DNA of 63,347 nucleotides, counting the filler. It is 9 parts of 9 records of this genome, joined end to end, with 100 filler letters (N's around TTAATTAATTAA, not from the genome) between each part and the next. Parts side by side here need not be neighbours in the genome. Positions count along the whole stretch, not along the records: positions 1 to 10,835 come from SRR31147125_18094; 8 more parts are not named here. One strand, given 5' to 3'. Below, piece after piece: positions 1 through 10,400 of the stretch. The stretch's first letter is position 1; the number at the start of each line of letters is the position of its first letter. Below the pieces are notes generated by a model that saw only the letters and a program-made list of their open reading frames with translations, was not told the origin of the DNA and ran no database searches. The position numbers were made by a program, and so were the translations under genes.

Positions 1-85
1 GCTTCGCTCGCAATGACAATCTTTGTAAAACACGTCTAGATCCCCGGATCCCTCTAAAGGCGTACACGCAAGTCCAGGATGACAT
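1..85. repeat. Palindromic (REP/RPE-like) element halves
   Basis: GCTTCGCTCGCAATGAC at 1-17 and CTAGATCCCCGGATC...CAAGTCCAGGATGAC at 37-83 match the element ends seen at 3001-3083 and 10936-10965. Confidence 0.6.
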
Positions 86-124
86 AATGGTTATTCATAG
101 AAATTAATAAAGACAACAAATAAA

Positions 125-952
125 TTACTTAGTGGCTTTGACTCTTACGCTTAGGACTGAGTGATCTAGGTCTTGAATATCTTTTTCTGAGAGTTTCGCA
201 GTCTTGATGATGGCTTTGGCTGTAGGGTCATTTAACATGTTATTAATTTCAAAGTAGGTCTCTTCAACAATCTCCACATCATTAAAACCAGCTTCTTTAA
301 TTAAGTTCACATACTCTTCAGTAAAAACAGCTCCGGAAAGACAACCAACATAAGCTGCAACACACTTCTTTATCTCGTCAGGAAGTTCTTTATGAAGAGT
401 GATATCAGAAACCATCAACCTTCCACCTGGCTTTAAAACACGATTAGCCTCACTAAAAACTCTAGACTTGTTTGGAGAGAGATTAATAACACAATTTGAA
501 ATAATCACATCGACTGAATTATCACCGGCAGGAATGTTTTCAATTTCGCCAAGACGAAATTCAACATTTTTGTATCCGCCCTTTTCAGCATTTCCTCTAG
601 CCTTATCGAGCATCTCATGAGTCATGTCTACGCCAATTACATGCCCTCTATCTCCAACCTTATTAGCAGCTAAAAATGAATCAAACCCAGCGCCAGACCC
701 AAGATCCATTACCACTTCTCCCTCTTTCAAAGAAGCTAAGGCTATTGGATTTCCGCAACCAAGTCCAAGATTTGAACCTTCTGGAACCGAAGTCATCTCT
801 TTTTCGCTATAACCAATGTTGCTGCTTATATGTGATGCAGTATCATTTTTACTGCCACAACATGTTTTCTTTGGAGCGCAACAAGACTTATTCTCTTTTG
901 CTATACTTGCATACCCTTCTCTAACTATCTTTTTAACATCGCGTTCGTTCAT
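125..952 (-). CDS. arsM: Arsenite S-adenosylmethionine methyltransferase
   Basis: N-terminal CC...CC motif, NLGLGCGNP, SAM motif DLGSGAGFD, IISNCVINL and GCLSGA, all typical of ArsM. Confidence 0.9.
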   Translation of the reverse strand: MNERDVKKIVREGYASIAKENKSCCAPKKTCCGSKNDTASHISSNIGYSEKEMTSVPEGSNLGLGCGNPIALASLKEGEVVMDLGSGAGFDSFLAANKVGDRGHVIGVDMTHEMLDKARGNAEKGGYKNVEFRLGEIENIPAGDNSVDVIISNCVINLSPNKSRVFSEANRVLKPGGRLMVSDITLHKELPDEIKKCVAAYVGCLSGAVFTEEYVNLIKEAGFNDVEIVEETYFEINNMLNDPTAKAIIKTAKLSEKDIQDLDHSVLSVRVKATK

Positions 953-961
953 CTTTTTCCC

Positions 962-2899
962 TTACTGTCTTATCTCACTTCTATTATAATTTTCTTTTTT
1001 ATTTGAAGAATCGTCAGCTCCAATACCATTCATAATCTGATGTACAGCCTTAACAATCCCATTAGAATCCAAACCAAACTTCGCTTTTTGTTCGGCTTGA
1101 GTTGCATGAGAAACAAAGACATCGTTGTAGCCTAGCTGTTTTAAATCTACATCTTTAATATTTTTTGAAGCCAAGTATTCAGCAAAGGCAGAACCAAAGC
1201 CACCTGCCAACATATTATCCTCAACAGTAATAATTCGTTTGCAATGTTTCATCAATTTTTCAAGCAAATCAAAATCTATTGGCTTAATAAAACGAGGATC
1301 AACAACTGTAACCTTCACACCTTCACCTTCGAGTTGTTTTGCAGCAGTCAACGCATCATAGACCAAGTGACCAACAGCCCAAACCATAACATCAGCATTT
1401 TCAATATGATGTAAAATTTCAGCTCTCCCCATTTTCAAAACTTCCGAAGAGTCTTTGGTCGTCTCTGGAACAGTTCCACGTGGATAACGAATTGCCATTG
1501 GACCATTATGTTTCATTGAAAATCTAAGCATTTCTTCAAGAACTCCGGCATCTCTAGGAGCAGAAATTGTCATATTTGGAATAGATCTCAAATATGAAAG
1601 ATCAAATGTGCCATTATGTGTTGCCCCATCATTTCCAACAACACCTGCTCTATCAATTGCAAAAGTTACTGGGAGATTCTGCAAACAGACATCATGCACA
1701 ATATTATCATAAGCACGTTGCAAAAATGTTGAATATATCGCAACCACCGGTCTAAACTTTTCAGTAGCTAAACCGGCTGCAAATGTCACAGCGTGGCCTT
1801 CTGCTATACCTACATCATAAAAACGATCTGGATATTGTTTGGCAAACGCATCTAGCCCAGTTCCTGTGGACATCGCAGCTGTTATACCTACAATTCTCTC
1901 GTCTTCACTGGCAAGCTTACACAGTGAATTACTAAAAGCCTTTGTAAAATTTAGCTTACCATTCGATACAGGTTTTCCTGTTTTTCTATCAAAGGGTCCC
2001 AAACCATGGAACTGCGTCGGGTTCTCAAGTGCAGGCTGATAACCTTTTCCTTTTTTTGTAATAACATGAAAAAGAATAGGTTTATCGCCAACAGGAGATG
2101 ACTTTATTTTCCTAAAAGCATCTATCAATTCCTGCAAATTATGCCCGTCAAACGGCCCAATATAATCAAAACCAAATGCTTCGAACAAAAAACCAGGTGT
2201 AAAGAAGCTAACAGCAGCCTCTTCCGCTTTTTGAGCGACTGCATACATCCTCTTTCCCCATATCGGAACTAGAAGGAGAAGTTTTTTTACATGACGTCTT
2301 AGTTTTCCGGCAACGCGACCATGAATGTGCGAAGAGAGAAACTTTGAGACAGCGCCAACATTTGGAGAAATGGACATTTCATTATCATTCAGAATGACCA
2401 TCAAGTTTCCGACCTTGTGGCCTGCTTGGTTCAAACCCTCAAAAGCCAAACCACCTGTCATAGAACCGTCACCGATGACAGCTATTGCACGGTTTTCTCT
2501 GCCCTTCTTGTTAATAGCCTTAGCAATTCCAAGAGCTGCTGAAATTGAAGTGGAAGAATGTCCAACACCAAAAGCATCATGAGGACTCTCTTTGATGGCA
2601 GGAAAACCACTGACACCACCGGCCTGCCTGAGTGTATGAAAATTCTCTCTTCTACCTGTCAAAATCTTATGAGCATATGCCTGATGACCAACGTCCCAAA
2701 CAATTTTATCATTTGGAGAGTCAAAGACATAATGAAGGGCAACAGACAACTCAATCACACCTAAACTTGGGGCGACATGGCCACCATTCTTAGATGTGAC
2801 ATCTATTATAAGATCTCTTAGGTTCTGACAAACGTCAGGAAGGTACTTTCTTGAGATTTTTTTCAGGTCGTCTGGATTACTTATATTTTGTAATATCAT
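962..2899 (-). CDS. dxs: 1-deoxy-D-xylulose-5-phosphate synthase
   Basis: GGHVAPSLG, WDVGHQAY, TPP motif GDGSMTGG...LNDN, DVGIAEGHAVT, DGATHNG and IRYPRG motifs; 645 aa. Confidence 0.97.
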   Translation of the reverse strand: MILQNISNPDDLKKISRKYLPDVCQNLRDLIIDVTSKNGGHVAPSLGVIELSVALHYVFDSPNDKIVWDVGHQAYAHKILTGRRENFHTLRQAGGVSGFPAIKESPHDAFGVGHSSTSISAALGIAKAINKKGRENRAIAVIGDGSMTGGLAFEGLNQAGHKVGNLMVILNDNEMSISPNVGAVSKFLSSHIHGRVAGKLRRHVKKLLLLVPIWGKRMYAVAQKAEEAAVSFFTPGFLFEAFGFDYIGPFDGHNLQELIDAFRKIKSSPVGDKPILFHVITKKGKGYQPALENPTQFHGLGPFDRKTGKPVSNGKLNFTKAFSNSLCKLASEDERIVGITAAMSTGTGLDAFAKQYPDRFYDVGIAEGHAVTFAAGLATEKFRPVVAIYSTFLQRAYDNIVHDVCLQNLPVTFAIDRAGVVGNDGATHNGTFDLSYLRSIPNMTISAPRDAGVLEEMLRFSMKHNGPMAIRYPRGTVPETTKDSSEVLKMGRAEILHHIENADVMVWAVGHLVYDALTAAKQLEGEGVKVTVVDPRFIKPIDFDLLEKLMKHCKRIITVEDNMLAGGFGSAFAEYLASKNIKDVDLKQLGYNDVFVSHATQAEQKAKFGLDSNGIVKAVHQIMNGIGADDSSNKKENYNRSEIRQ

Positions 2900-2979
2900 A
2901 ATAGTTTCGTATATTTATATGTATGATCTATTTGTGCAACAAAAAAAGAAAGTTAGCTCGATTTATATTGAAATATCAA

Positions 2980-2997
2980 ATTGATAAGCTTATCAAT
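2980..2997. promoter_or_regulatory. Perfect 18-bp palindrome between divergent dxs and Rieske gene; possible operator
   Basis: ATTGATAAGCTTATCAAT is its own reverse complement. Confidence 0.35.
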
Positions 2998-3000
2998 ATC

Positions 3001-3083
3001 GTCATCGCGAGGAACCTGAAGGGTTACGCGGCGATCCAGCTTCTCAATATCTAGATTGCTTCACCCCTAGGGGTTCGCAATGA
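3001..3083. repeat. Complete palindromic REP/RPE-like element
   Basis: GTCATCGCGAGG...GCGGCGATCCAG...CTAGATTGCTTC...TCGCAATGAC has terminal inverted repeats and internal hairpins. Confidence 0.7.
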
Positions 3084-3101
3084 CATATAAAGGGTATAAT
3101 C

Positions 3102-3413
3102 ATGACTGAAAACAAAACACTCGTCGCTAAAAAATCGGGAATTCCTAATAATGGACACATACTCACCCGAATAGGAAAGAATGAAGTGGCCATATTCAAT
3201 TGTGATGGCAATTTCTATGCGATCAAGGATGCCTGTCCACATCAGAGCCAATCACTATCTAGAGGAACTCTCATGGGCAAGGTTATCGCCTGCCCAGGTC
3301 ATAATTGGCAATTCGACATATCAACTGGAAAGTGTATCAAGGGTGATCTAGAGCTATCACTTAAGACTTATGAGATCGTTACAGAAGATGATAGTATCTT
3401 TATTGTAGACTGA
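3102..3413 (+). CDS. Rieske [2Fe-2S] ferredoxin (NirD/dioxygenase ferredoxin-like)
   Basis: Rieske motifs CPH (DACPHQ) and CPGH (IACPGHNWQFD). Confidence 0.9.
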   Translation: MTENKTLVAKKSGIPNNGHILTRIGKNEVAIFNCDGNFYAIKDACPHQSQSLSRGTLMGKVIACPGHNWQFDISTGKCIKGDLELSLKTYEIVTEDDSIFIVD

Positions 3414-3416
3414 TTA

Positions 3417-4022
3417 TTACTCAGGCCTATCACTTTGTGGTAGATAAACACCAATCCAACCACTGAAAGCATTCCGAACAGTCCCAATAGTATCAACTTC
3501 AGGCCTTGCTAAGGTTTCTATCAGCCTTCCCATTGGCCATCTAGAAATTACTCTTGCTACAGATACCCCCAAAGTTAGACCAATTCCCCAAGGTCCAAAA
3601 AGATGAATCTCTGCACCATCTCGTATCGATTGAGCATGTCTATCTGCAACTTCAGAAGTTGATTGGTCTTCATCAGGTATACGCGCATCTGAACGATACG
3701 AAAAATGAGCTCCTAATACAGAAAGTGCCTTATCTAAAAATTTTACAGTTCCGATCATCTGAGATGTTTCTGAAAGTGCTGATGATATACCTAAAGGACC
3801 TGTAGCAAATATATCTTCTGCGGTGTGTATGCCCGACTGACCCGTTTGCATAGGACTATCATCATTCGCAGCAAACTGCTGAGAACGTCTATCATGAAGA
3901 GGAACAACCTTCGGCCCCATCTCAATATACACTGCTGGTCCCCTTTGTGGAGCACCTTTTGATGGAGCTTGAACCGCCCCTTTTGTTGGTTTAATTGGAG
4001 TTACAACTGGTCCCGCTCCCAT
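3417..4022 (-). CDS. Orphan protein, 201 aa; shares N-terminal motif with the 1048-aa orphan
   Basis: AAGGAG RBS upstream; 21 nt downstream of the 1046-aa gene; P/G-rich N-terminus; QTGQSGIHTAEDIF motif. Confidence 0.75.
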   Translation of the reverse strand: MGAGPVVTPIKPTKGAVQAPSKGAPQRGPAVYIEMGPKVVPLHDRRSQQFAANDDSPMQTGQSGIHTAEDIFATGPLGISSALSETSQMIGTVKFLDKALSVLGAHFSYRSDARIPDEDQSTSEVADRHAQSIRDGAEIHLFGPWGIGLTLGVSVARVISRWPMGRLIETLARPEVDTIGTVRNAFSGWIGVYLPQSDRPE

Positions 4023-4043
4023 ATTATCTCCTTGGTAATAGTG

Positions 4044-7000
4044 TTAAATATTTGCACACAATAATTGATCTTCTGGTTTTTGTTCACTTGGTTCTTCAAC
4101 ATCCTGTGGATGATCTGGATGTAGGCCTCTCTCTTTCAAAATTTCTTCAGCCTGATCCAAAATACTTAGACTTCTATCAAAGCTAGCTTCAATGCGATCT
4201 GCCTGTTCATACCAACGCTTGCTTGCGCCAGCTCTTCCAACTCTCTCTTTAACAAGTTCTAGTCTTGTCTTTCTCCACGAACCAATATCCGAATATAGAT
4301 TTTCCGAATACTGATCTCCAAAACACTCAACCATAATTTCTCTTATAGGTTCATGAACCTCTTTTCTTCGCTCATAACATGCATTAGCTACTTGTCTATC
4401 CCCATACTGTTCAACAGTCTCCAATCTATCCTCATCTTCGACATCAACTATAGGAGGTGTAATCTGATGAAAAGTGGGATTACCATATACAGTTTTAAGA
4501 CCACCATGCTGTAACTGACAAATTTCCATTGCAGATGCAAGCAACCTACCTTTAAAAAATGGTAATTCAAATCTTTCATTTGCGGCAAAATAGCGATCTG
4601 TAATAGCATCTTCATTTACCCATATATTTATAAAAGTTGACTTATAGTAATCGAGCAATGATAACATTCTTTCACCTTCAGAACGATGAAATGCTATTCT
4701 ATGTAGTAAATCTTTTGCTTCATCTTCTGTTTCAACACCTCTTGCCTCTCTCCACAAAGGCTCTACATTATCTGTAAATATTGAAGTGGCCTCTTCAGCA
4801 TGGCGTATCCAAGCAACCGCTTTATAGAGAGGTTTCTTGATGAAGTTGTCTAAGATATCTTCTTCATAAGCTTCAGAAAGATCGTAGTCCATCTTTGCTA
4901 CAGCACCATATCCAGCTAATGTTATTACACCATATGGAGCCATCCCTGTAACCGTATTTGTCAAACCCTGTGCCCAAATACTTGTCGCGATACCAGTTCC
5001 AACAATTGAAGGTGTTGCATAATCAGCAACATCAATTGCAGTCTCCAATGCCTCTGGGACTTCTTCTCCATTAACTTCATATGTCATCTTCCAGACACGT
5101 AAACCTGCATCAATCAATAAAACTGGAGCCATCACAAAATTTGCAACATTTGCGATGCGAGCTCTCATTGCTTCAGTGAATGCAAAATCTGTATTAGCTT
5201 CAAGAGCTGAACGACCTTCAGCAACCTCTGGTTTTGCAACTTCTACAGCTTCAGCTTCAAGGGCTGGAACTTCTACAGGCACGGGCTCTGCCACCCTCAC
5301 AGCAGCAGCTTCAGCTCTGGGAGATCTAATTAATTCTGCTCTTGCTTCCTCCATTAATCTTCCCCACTCTGCACTTCTTGGATTAATAGGAGACTCATGC
5401 TGAGCTCTCCAATTGGCTTCTGCTATTTCAACTGTTCTCCGCGCTGTTCTTGTAGCCTCGGCAATTCTCTCTCTAGTCGGTATTCCTTCCTGTTTACTTT
5501 CAAGAATTCTCCCAGTCTCCTGCAAAGCAGCCTCGCTCCTTGCAGCAACATCTGCTACAGAGTCACACCTCTGACTCGTTCTATCAAAGCTCACTTCTGA
5601 AGTTGCTTCTAGGCTTGAAGTTTCTTGCCTTCCACCAATACCAATACTTTCTCTATAAACAGTTTCTCTCCAGACATCTATCGGCACAGTTCCAGAAACT
5701 CTAGAAGAGGCCTTTGCATGCATCTCCCTTAATCTTGGCAACTCTTCAGAAAGATCATAACGAACTCTTGTAGAATCGGCTTTACCCTCCTCAAAATAAT
5801 TAACTTTTCTCAAAGTCCTCATTGCACTCTCAGAACCCGCCTGTGTCATTTCATGCAGAACCTGGGCATCTCTAAAAGCTTCTTTATAACCTCTTGTGTG
5901 GTAGTTCGCTTCTGGATTTTTTGTGGTATATCTCAACCTATAGATACTCTCTGCCGTCCTTACAACTCGATATTGTTCAATCCCCATTACCCTAGCTTCA
6001 GAAAGACCTTTCGGAACAGGGTTTGCACGGCGTTTTAGATTTATATAGTATATGAAAAAAGGGACTGAAGGGATTATACCAAGCAATCCCATAATTATAA
6101 TCCAATCAATGAACTTATCAGTCTGCCCCTCACCTGAGGCCTCACCTCTTCGACTTTTAATTTCATCTGAAATATGACCTAACACAGCAACTAATTTAAT
6201 AGTGCTTGGACTTTTTTTGTTTGGAGTACAATCATAAACAATGTTCAACCCTATCTCTACCTGCATTAAGACTTCAAGATTTCTCGGAATAGCCAACATC
6301 ATAGACCCATCTGTATAGTCAGCCTGAATAGGATTTTTCACTCGATAGATATCTTCAGCACCAGCAAGTTTTGCATAAAGATATAGGTATGCCTGAAGCG
6401 ATGGGGTCACCGCTTCACGAGTAATTATATATTCTTCTGCATCCAACTCAGTTGTCGATGAAATTAATGGAAGTCGTGAATCCAAATTCTGCATTGTCTC
6501 TTCAAATTCATCTCTCATATCTGGAGTTATGCTTTTTAAAACAGCTTCTAAATTGGGATCATTTGCATAGACTTCGCTAAATAGAATCTTTATGGCAACT
6601 ATGGCCTCATCCAATTCGAGACTTGCACCGGAATCCATTTTCTTTCGAACCACAACAAGTGGCTCAAACACCGGTTCATCTTTTCTCGGAATAATAAGCG
6701 CAGTTCTAAAATTGTTGACTAAACGCGTGATCAAATTATTGTCTCGAACTCCTTCAGCTTCTTGACGTGCAGCCACTCTTACACTATCTATACCTAGGAG
6801 ATCACTATTCTGCATATAATAAGATTGAGCTTTCATAAAAGATTTCTTAATTCTAAGAATTTCTTCGTCCCATCCCCTTTGGGCTTCTTTTCTCAACCTA
6901 ATAGGAATTTCCCTCCAAGCTACTTCCAAACTTTCTATCAATTTAAAAGTATCCTCAAAATCTGGCGACAAAAGTTTGAATTCGGCCTCAGGAGGCGAAA

Positions 7001-7184
7001 CAGGCTGACCACCCGCAACGACAGTTGTAAGCTGTTTGTCGGGAGCTTGTTCTAATGCAACTCCCACTGAATCAGCCTTAACCTTTGAAATGTTGGGATC
7101 TCTTTGAATTATTGTAGTATTAGGATCACCTGCTGAACCCAGCGTGACATCTACTTTTGGCTTATCTGATTTGATACCTATCAT
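4044..7184 (-). CDS. Large orphan protein, 1046 aa, with membrane-like segments; putative secreted effector
   Basis: Long uninterrupted ORF with GGAGAGGGAG RBS; hydrophobic segment WIIIMGLLGIIPSVPFFIYYI and Gly/Ala-rich hydrophobic hairpin region; no family recognised. Effector call is inference. Confidence 0.75.
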   Translation of the reverse strand: MIGIKSDKPKVDVTLGSAGDPNTTIIQRDPNISKVKADSVGVALEQAPDKQLTTVVAGGQPVSPPEAEFKLLSPDFEDTFKLIESLEVAWREIPIRLRKEAQRGWDEEILRIKKSFMKAQSYYMQNSDLLGIDSVRVAARQEAEGVRDNNLITRLVNNFRTALIIPRKDEPVFEPLVVVRKKMDSGASLELDEAIVAIKILFSEVYANDPNLEAVLKSITPDMRDEFEETMQNLDSRLPLISSTTELDAEEYIITREAVTPSLQAYLYLYAKLAGAEDIYRVKNPIQADYTDGSMMLAIPRNLEVLMQVEIGLNIVYDCTPNKKSPSTIKLVAVLGHISDEIKSRRGEASGEGQTDKFIDWIIIMGLLGIIPSVPFFIYYINLKRRANPVPKGLSEARVMGIEQYRVVRTAESIYRLRYTTKNPEANYHTRGYKEAFRDAQVLHEMTQAGSESAMRTLRKVNYFEEGKADSTRVRYDLSEELPRLREMHAKASSRVSGTVPIDVWRETVYRESIGIGGRQETSSLEATSEVSFDRTSQRCDSVADVAARSEAALQETGRILESKQEGIPTRERIAEATRTARRTVEIAEANWRAQHESPINPRSAEWGRLMEEARAELIRSPRAEAAAVRVAEPVPVEVPALEAEAVEVAKPEVAEGRSALEANTDFAFTEAMRARIANVANFVMAPVLLIDAGLRVWKMTYEVNGEEVPEALETAIDVADYATPSIVGTGIATSIWAQGLTNTVTGMAPYGVITLAGYGAVAKMDYDLSEAYEEDILDNFIKKPLYKAVAWIRHAEEATSIFTDNVEPLWREARGVETEDEAKDLLHRIAFHRSEGERMLSLLDYYKSTFINIWVNEDAITDRYFAANERFELPFFKGRLLASAMEICQLQHGGLKTVYGNPTFHQITPPIVDVEDEDRLETVEQYGDRQVANACYERRKEVHEPIREIMVECFGDQYSENLYSDIGSWRKTRLELVKERVGRAGASKRWYEQADRIEASFDRSLSILDQAEEILKERGLHPDHPQDVEEPSEQKPEDQLLCANI

Positions 7185-7217
7185 AGTTCTCCCTCTCCAA
7201 TTTGATTACTTAAGTAA

Positions 7218-7279
7218 TTATCGGCAATTAGAGAGAAATGTTGTGGAATTGGAAATAAAAGCGTTATCAACCTGAACAC
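7218..7279 (-). promoter_or_regulatory. Sigma28-like promoter with upstream inverted-repeat operator (copy 1)
   Basis: Minus strand reads GTGTTCAGGTTGATAACGC-N15-CACAAC-N14-GCCGATAA. GCCGATAA is the sigma28 -10 consensus. Same layout as copy 2. Confidence 0.7.
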
Positions 7280-7310
7280 AGTTTAACTTCTTGTAATTGT
7301 TTGTCATTTT

Positions 7311-7394
7311 TATCATTGCGAGAAGTCTGAAAAGACGACGCGGCAATCCAGTGAAAACAATTATTAAACAGGTTCTCGACTTAGCTCGAACACT
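7311..7394. repeat. Partial palindromic REP/RPE-like element plus small hairpin
   Basis: TCATTGCGAG...GCGGCAATCCAG resembles the left half of 3001-3083; followed by GTTCTCGAC-TTAG-CTCGAAC. Confidence 0.55.
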
Positions 7395-7496
7395 ATTATT
7401 TTCAATTTCGTAAATAGTCTTCGACTTTGTGGAAAAGCCTATTTTTTTAAAATTGAGCTTTGTCGAGAAGATACTGAGTTTAAACCCTTAAACCCA

Positions 7497-10400
7497 TTAT
7501 CTGAGTTCAAAATGGTGCTCAGAATCTACTATCCAAGATTTATGTGATGAGCGAACAAAATAGACATCAACACTGTTAACCGAATCAAAAGTATCTATTC
7601 TTCTCCTAATCTCTTCAGCAAGCAAGCCTAGTAGTTCCCTGCGTTTTGAGGGTTCATCATGGCTATCAATATACAATACAATTCTACCATTTATCTCGTC
7701 ATATCTGGTTCTTCTAGAAAAAGAGCTAATCTGTTCAGCAGCTGAAAATAGAGCAGATGTTAAGTCTCTAAAACTTTCAGAACCTTCCCATCTTCTTGAC
7801 TTGATTTCAACAGCTTCAGGAACGCCACCATTAAAAACCAGAAAGTCCGGTGTTCTCTCTCTTGCGCTTGGATCTGGTCTTAGAATTCTAATAGATTTAC
7901 CTTCTTCTATATATCTTTCCAAAGTCTCTAGCTCTGCGTGTGCACCCCTCTCTCCACCAAGATATCTTCTATGTAATAATCCGAGGAGATCTCCATGAAC
8001 CTGTTCTGAATTCACATAGCCCATTGCAGCAGTAAAAAGATATTCAACAATATCTCTATAATCACCATTATGACGATTTACAAAATCACCTATTTCTAAA
8101 ACTGAATAAAATGAATCAAAACTTCTGTCATCAATCGCAGCTCTTATCATCTCTCTCATTGCTAGAGCTGAACCTTCAGTATATTCACCTTGGAGAATTG
8201 ATGTAATTCCAGATATAGCATTGTTCAAATTGCCATTTCTAAAAAGACTATATCGTTCCCTCAAAAAAGCTGGCACATCCTGGCCAGAAAAGGATCTAAC
8301 AGCCCTTACTGTCTCACTTCTTAAGTTAACAATACTAGCAATTAAATACTCCCACTCATTGGGTAACAGATAAGTTGTTGCACTTCTAAATGCAGACATT
8401 ACATCTGATTGAATAGCTAAACTTGCAACACCTGCAACTTCGGCTCTATTTATATCAAATGATTGATCATACGGAAATGCAACATCCTGAAGCAATCGTT
8501 GAAATATAATTCCCGAAGGATCATTAGCTGGATCATAAGCAGCAATTCGTTCTCTTACCTCTCGCTCCGACATTGCATCTCCCAAAGAGGTAACCCAAAC
8601 ACTGAGCAGTTCCTCATCATTATCTAAGGCTGAAATCGCGCCAACAAAACTCTCTCTAACCACATCTCTTTTATCTCCGCGAACAGAGCGCATAATCAAA
8701 CGCCAAGCCTTACCAACGGCATCACTTTGACGTTCTATGGAATGAAACAGTTTAGTTGCAATGAAAGTTGGCGATTCTTCACTTTCTAGTTCTTCCTTTA
8801 TCGTTCTCATAAGTTGATCTGCATAAGGAATGTGTTCAACATATGCTCGTCTTACTTCTCGCCTTAAACGCCTGGAATCATCTCTATTTTGCTTTACTAA
8901 ACGCACAATCTCTTCAAAATAATCTAGATCAAATTTTGCAACCTGAATGAAGAGGTCAAAAACCATAACACGGACATTATGATCTTCAGACTCATCACTT
9001 AAATAATCAATCATATATTCATTATCCTGCCAGTGACTTTCAAGATCTCCACCTTCTCTAATTCTTGCTTCTCCAACAAGGGCAACAGCTCTTCCACGAG
9101 TTGAAGCATAAAAGCTGACATGTTTTCTTAGATCATGAAACAAATTGTAACTTATAGAAGGCATTAGTTCACCTTCTTCTTGATCTCGCCAGAGTCCCCA
9201 AAAATGCATTAAATTTGTAATTCGTCGAAACCTGACATCAGCCACAGGTTCTGACAATGGAGCACTTCTTTGAACAGCTTGCCCTGAGAATCTTGATTCA
9301 ACGAATTCGGAGTGAAGTTTTGTAACTGCTGCTTCAGTCTCTGCAACACCTAATGTCACATTTTCTTGAGCGCCAAAATATTCAACGACAATACCATCAT
9401 TACCTAAAAAATATACCAGCGCCATCTTCTTTTTAAGCTCTTCATCAATATCCGTTCGATCAAGCCATGCCCTTCCAGCCCTATTTACAGGTAAAAAATG
9501 GGCAATATATTCTCGATCTCTGCGTGTAAGACCAACTCTTCTTTTAGTCAGCTTTGCAATTTCATAATCGATACACCCGTTAAACAATTCTAGCAATTTA
9601 TCATCATCAAAAACTATCGGACCAAAAATAGCCTTGCCATCAACGAACTGAACTTCATCTCTTAAAATATTTGCATACTCAACCATTCTCAAGGTTAGTT
9701 CATAGATAACCTCTCCTCTTTCACCCGATTCATATCGTTCCCAAAGCTGATAGAGCTCCGTCCACATGCCGTGCTCTGTCGGAATAAATGAAAGGTCTCC
9801 AAATATACGGGTTAGACTTCTATTCGAAAACTCACGACCCCACTCGTATGTGATATCCCCAAGATCAATCTCTGTAAATTCTTGCTCTGCCTGATCATCG
9901 CCTACTGAAGCAACCAATGCAGCTCGCATATACTCAGCATCTGTACCATTTTCCTTTACAACATCTATCATCCTAAGAATTTTTCTATATACTACTTCTT
10001 TTCGGGCGCCATCTCTAACATCTCTGTGTATCTTAACAACATATGCAAAAAAGGGTTCTCTCTTATCATGATTTATCTGAACTCCCTCTGGAGTTATATG
10101 AACATAGTCTCCATTAATTAGAATTCTGGGGTATTTATCATCTTCACCCCCAGTCTGTTTTCTTTTTTTCTTTGCAGCTTTTTCACGGCTTTTCTTTCCC
10201 ATTAGAAGCATTTGATCTGTTTCTATTTCAACTTCTCCACCATCGGGAGTTAATGCCTTAAGCACAAAATCAAATATAGGTAGTTGTGAAAGTGGACCTA
10301 GATCTCTTGACAACTCTTCCGCTACTTGGCCGGGGCCTAAATCGCGTAACCTTCTCGCTAGTTCAATTTGAAATTCCACTGCATCTGAATCGCGAGAACC

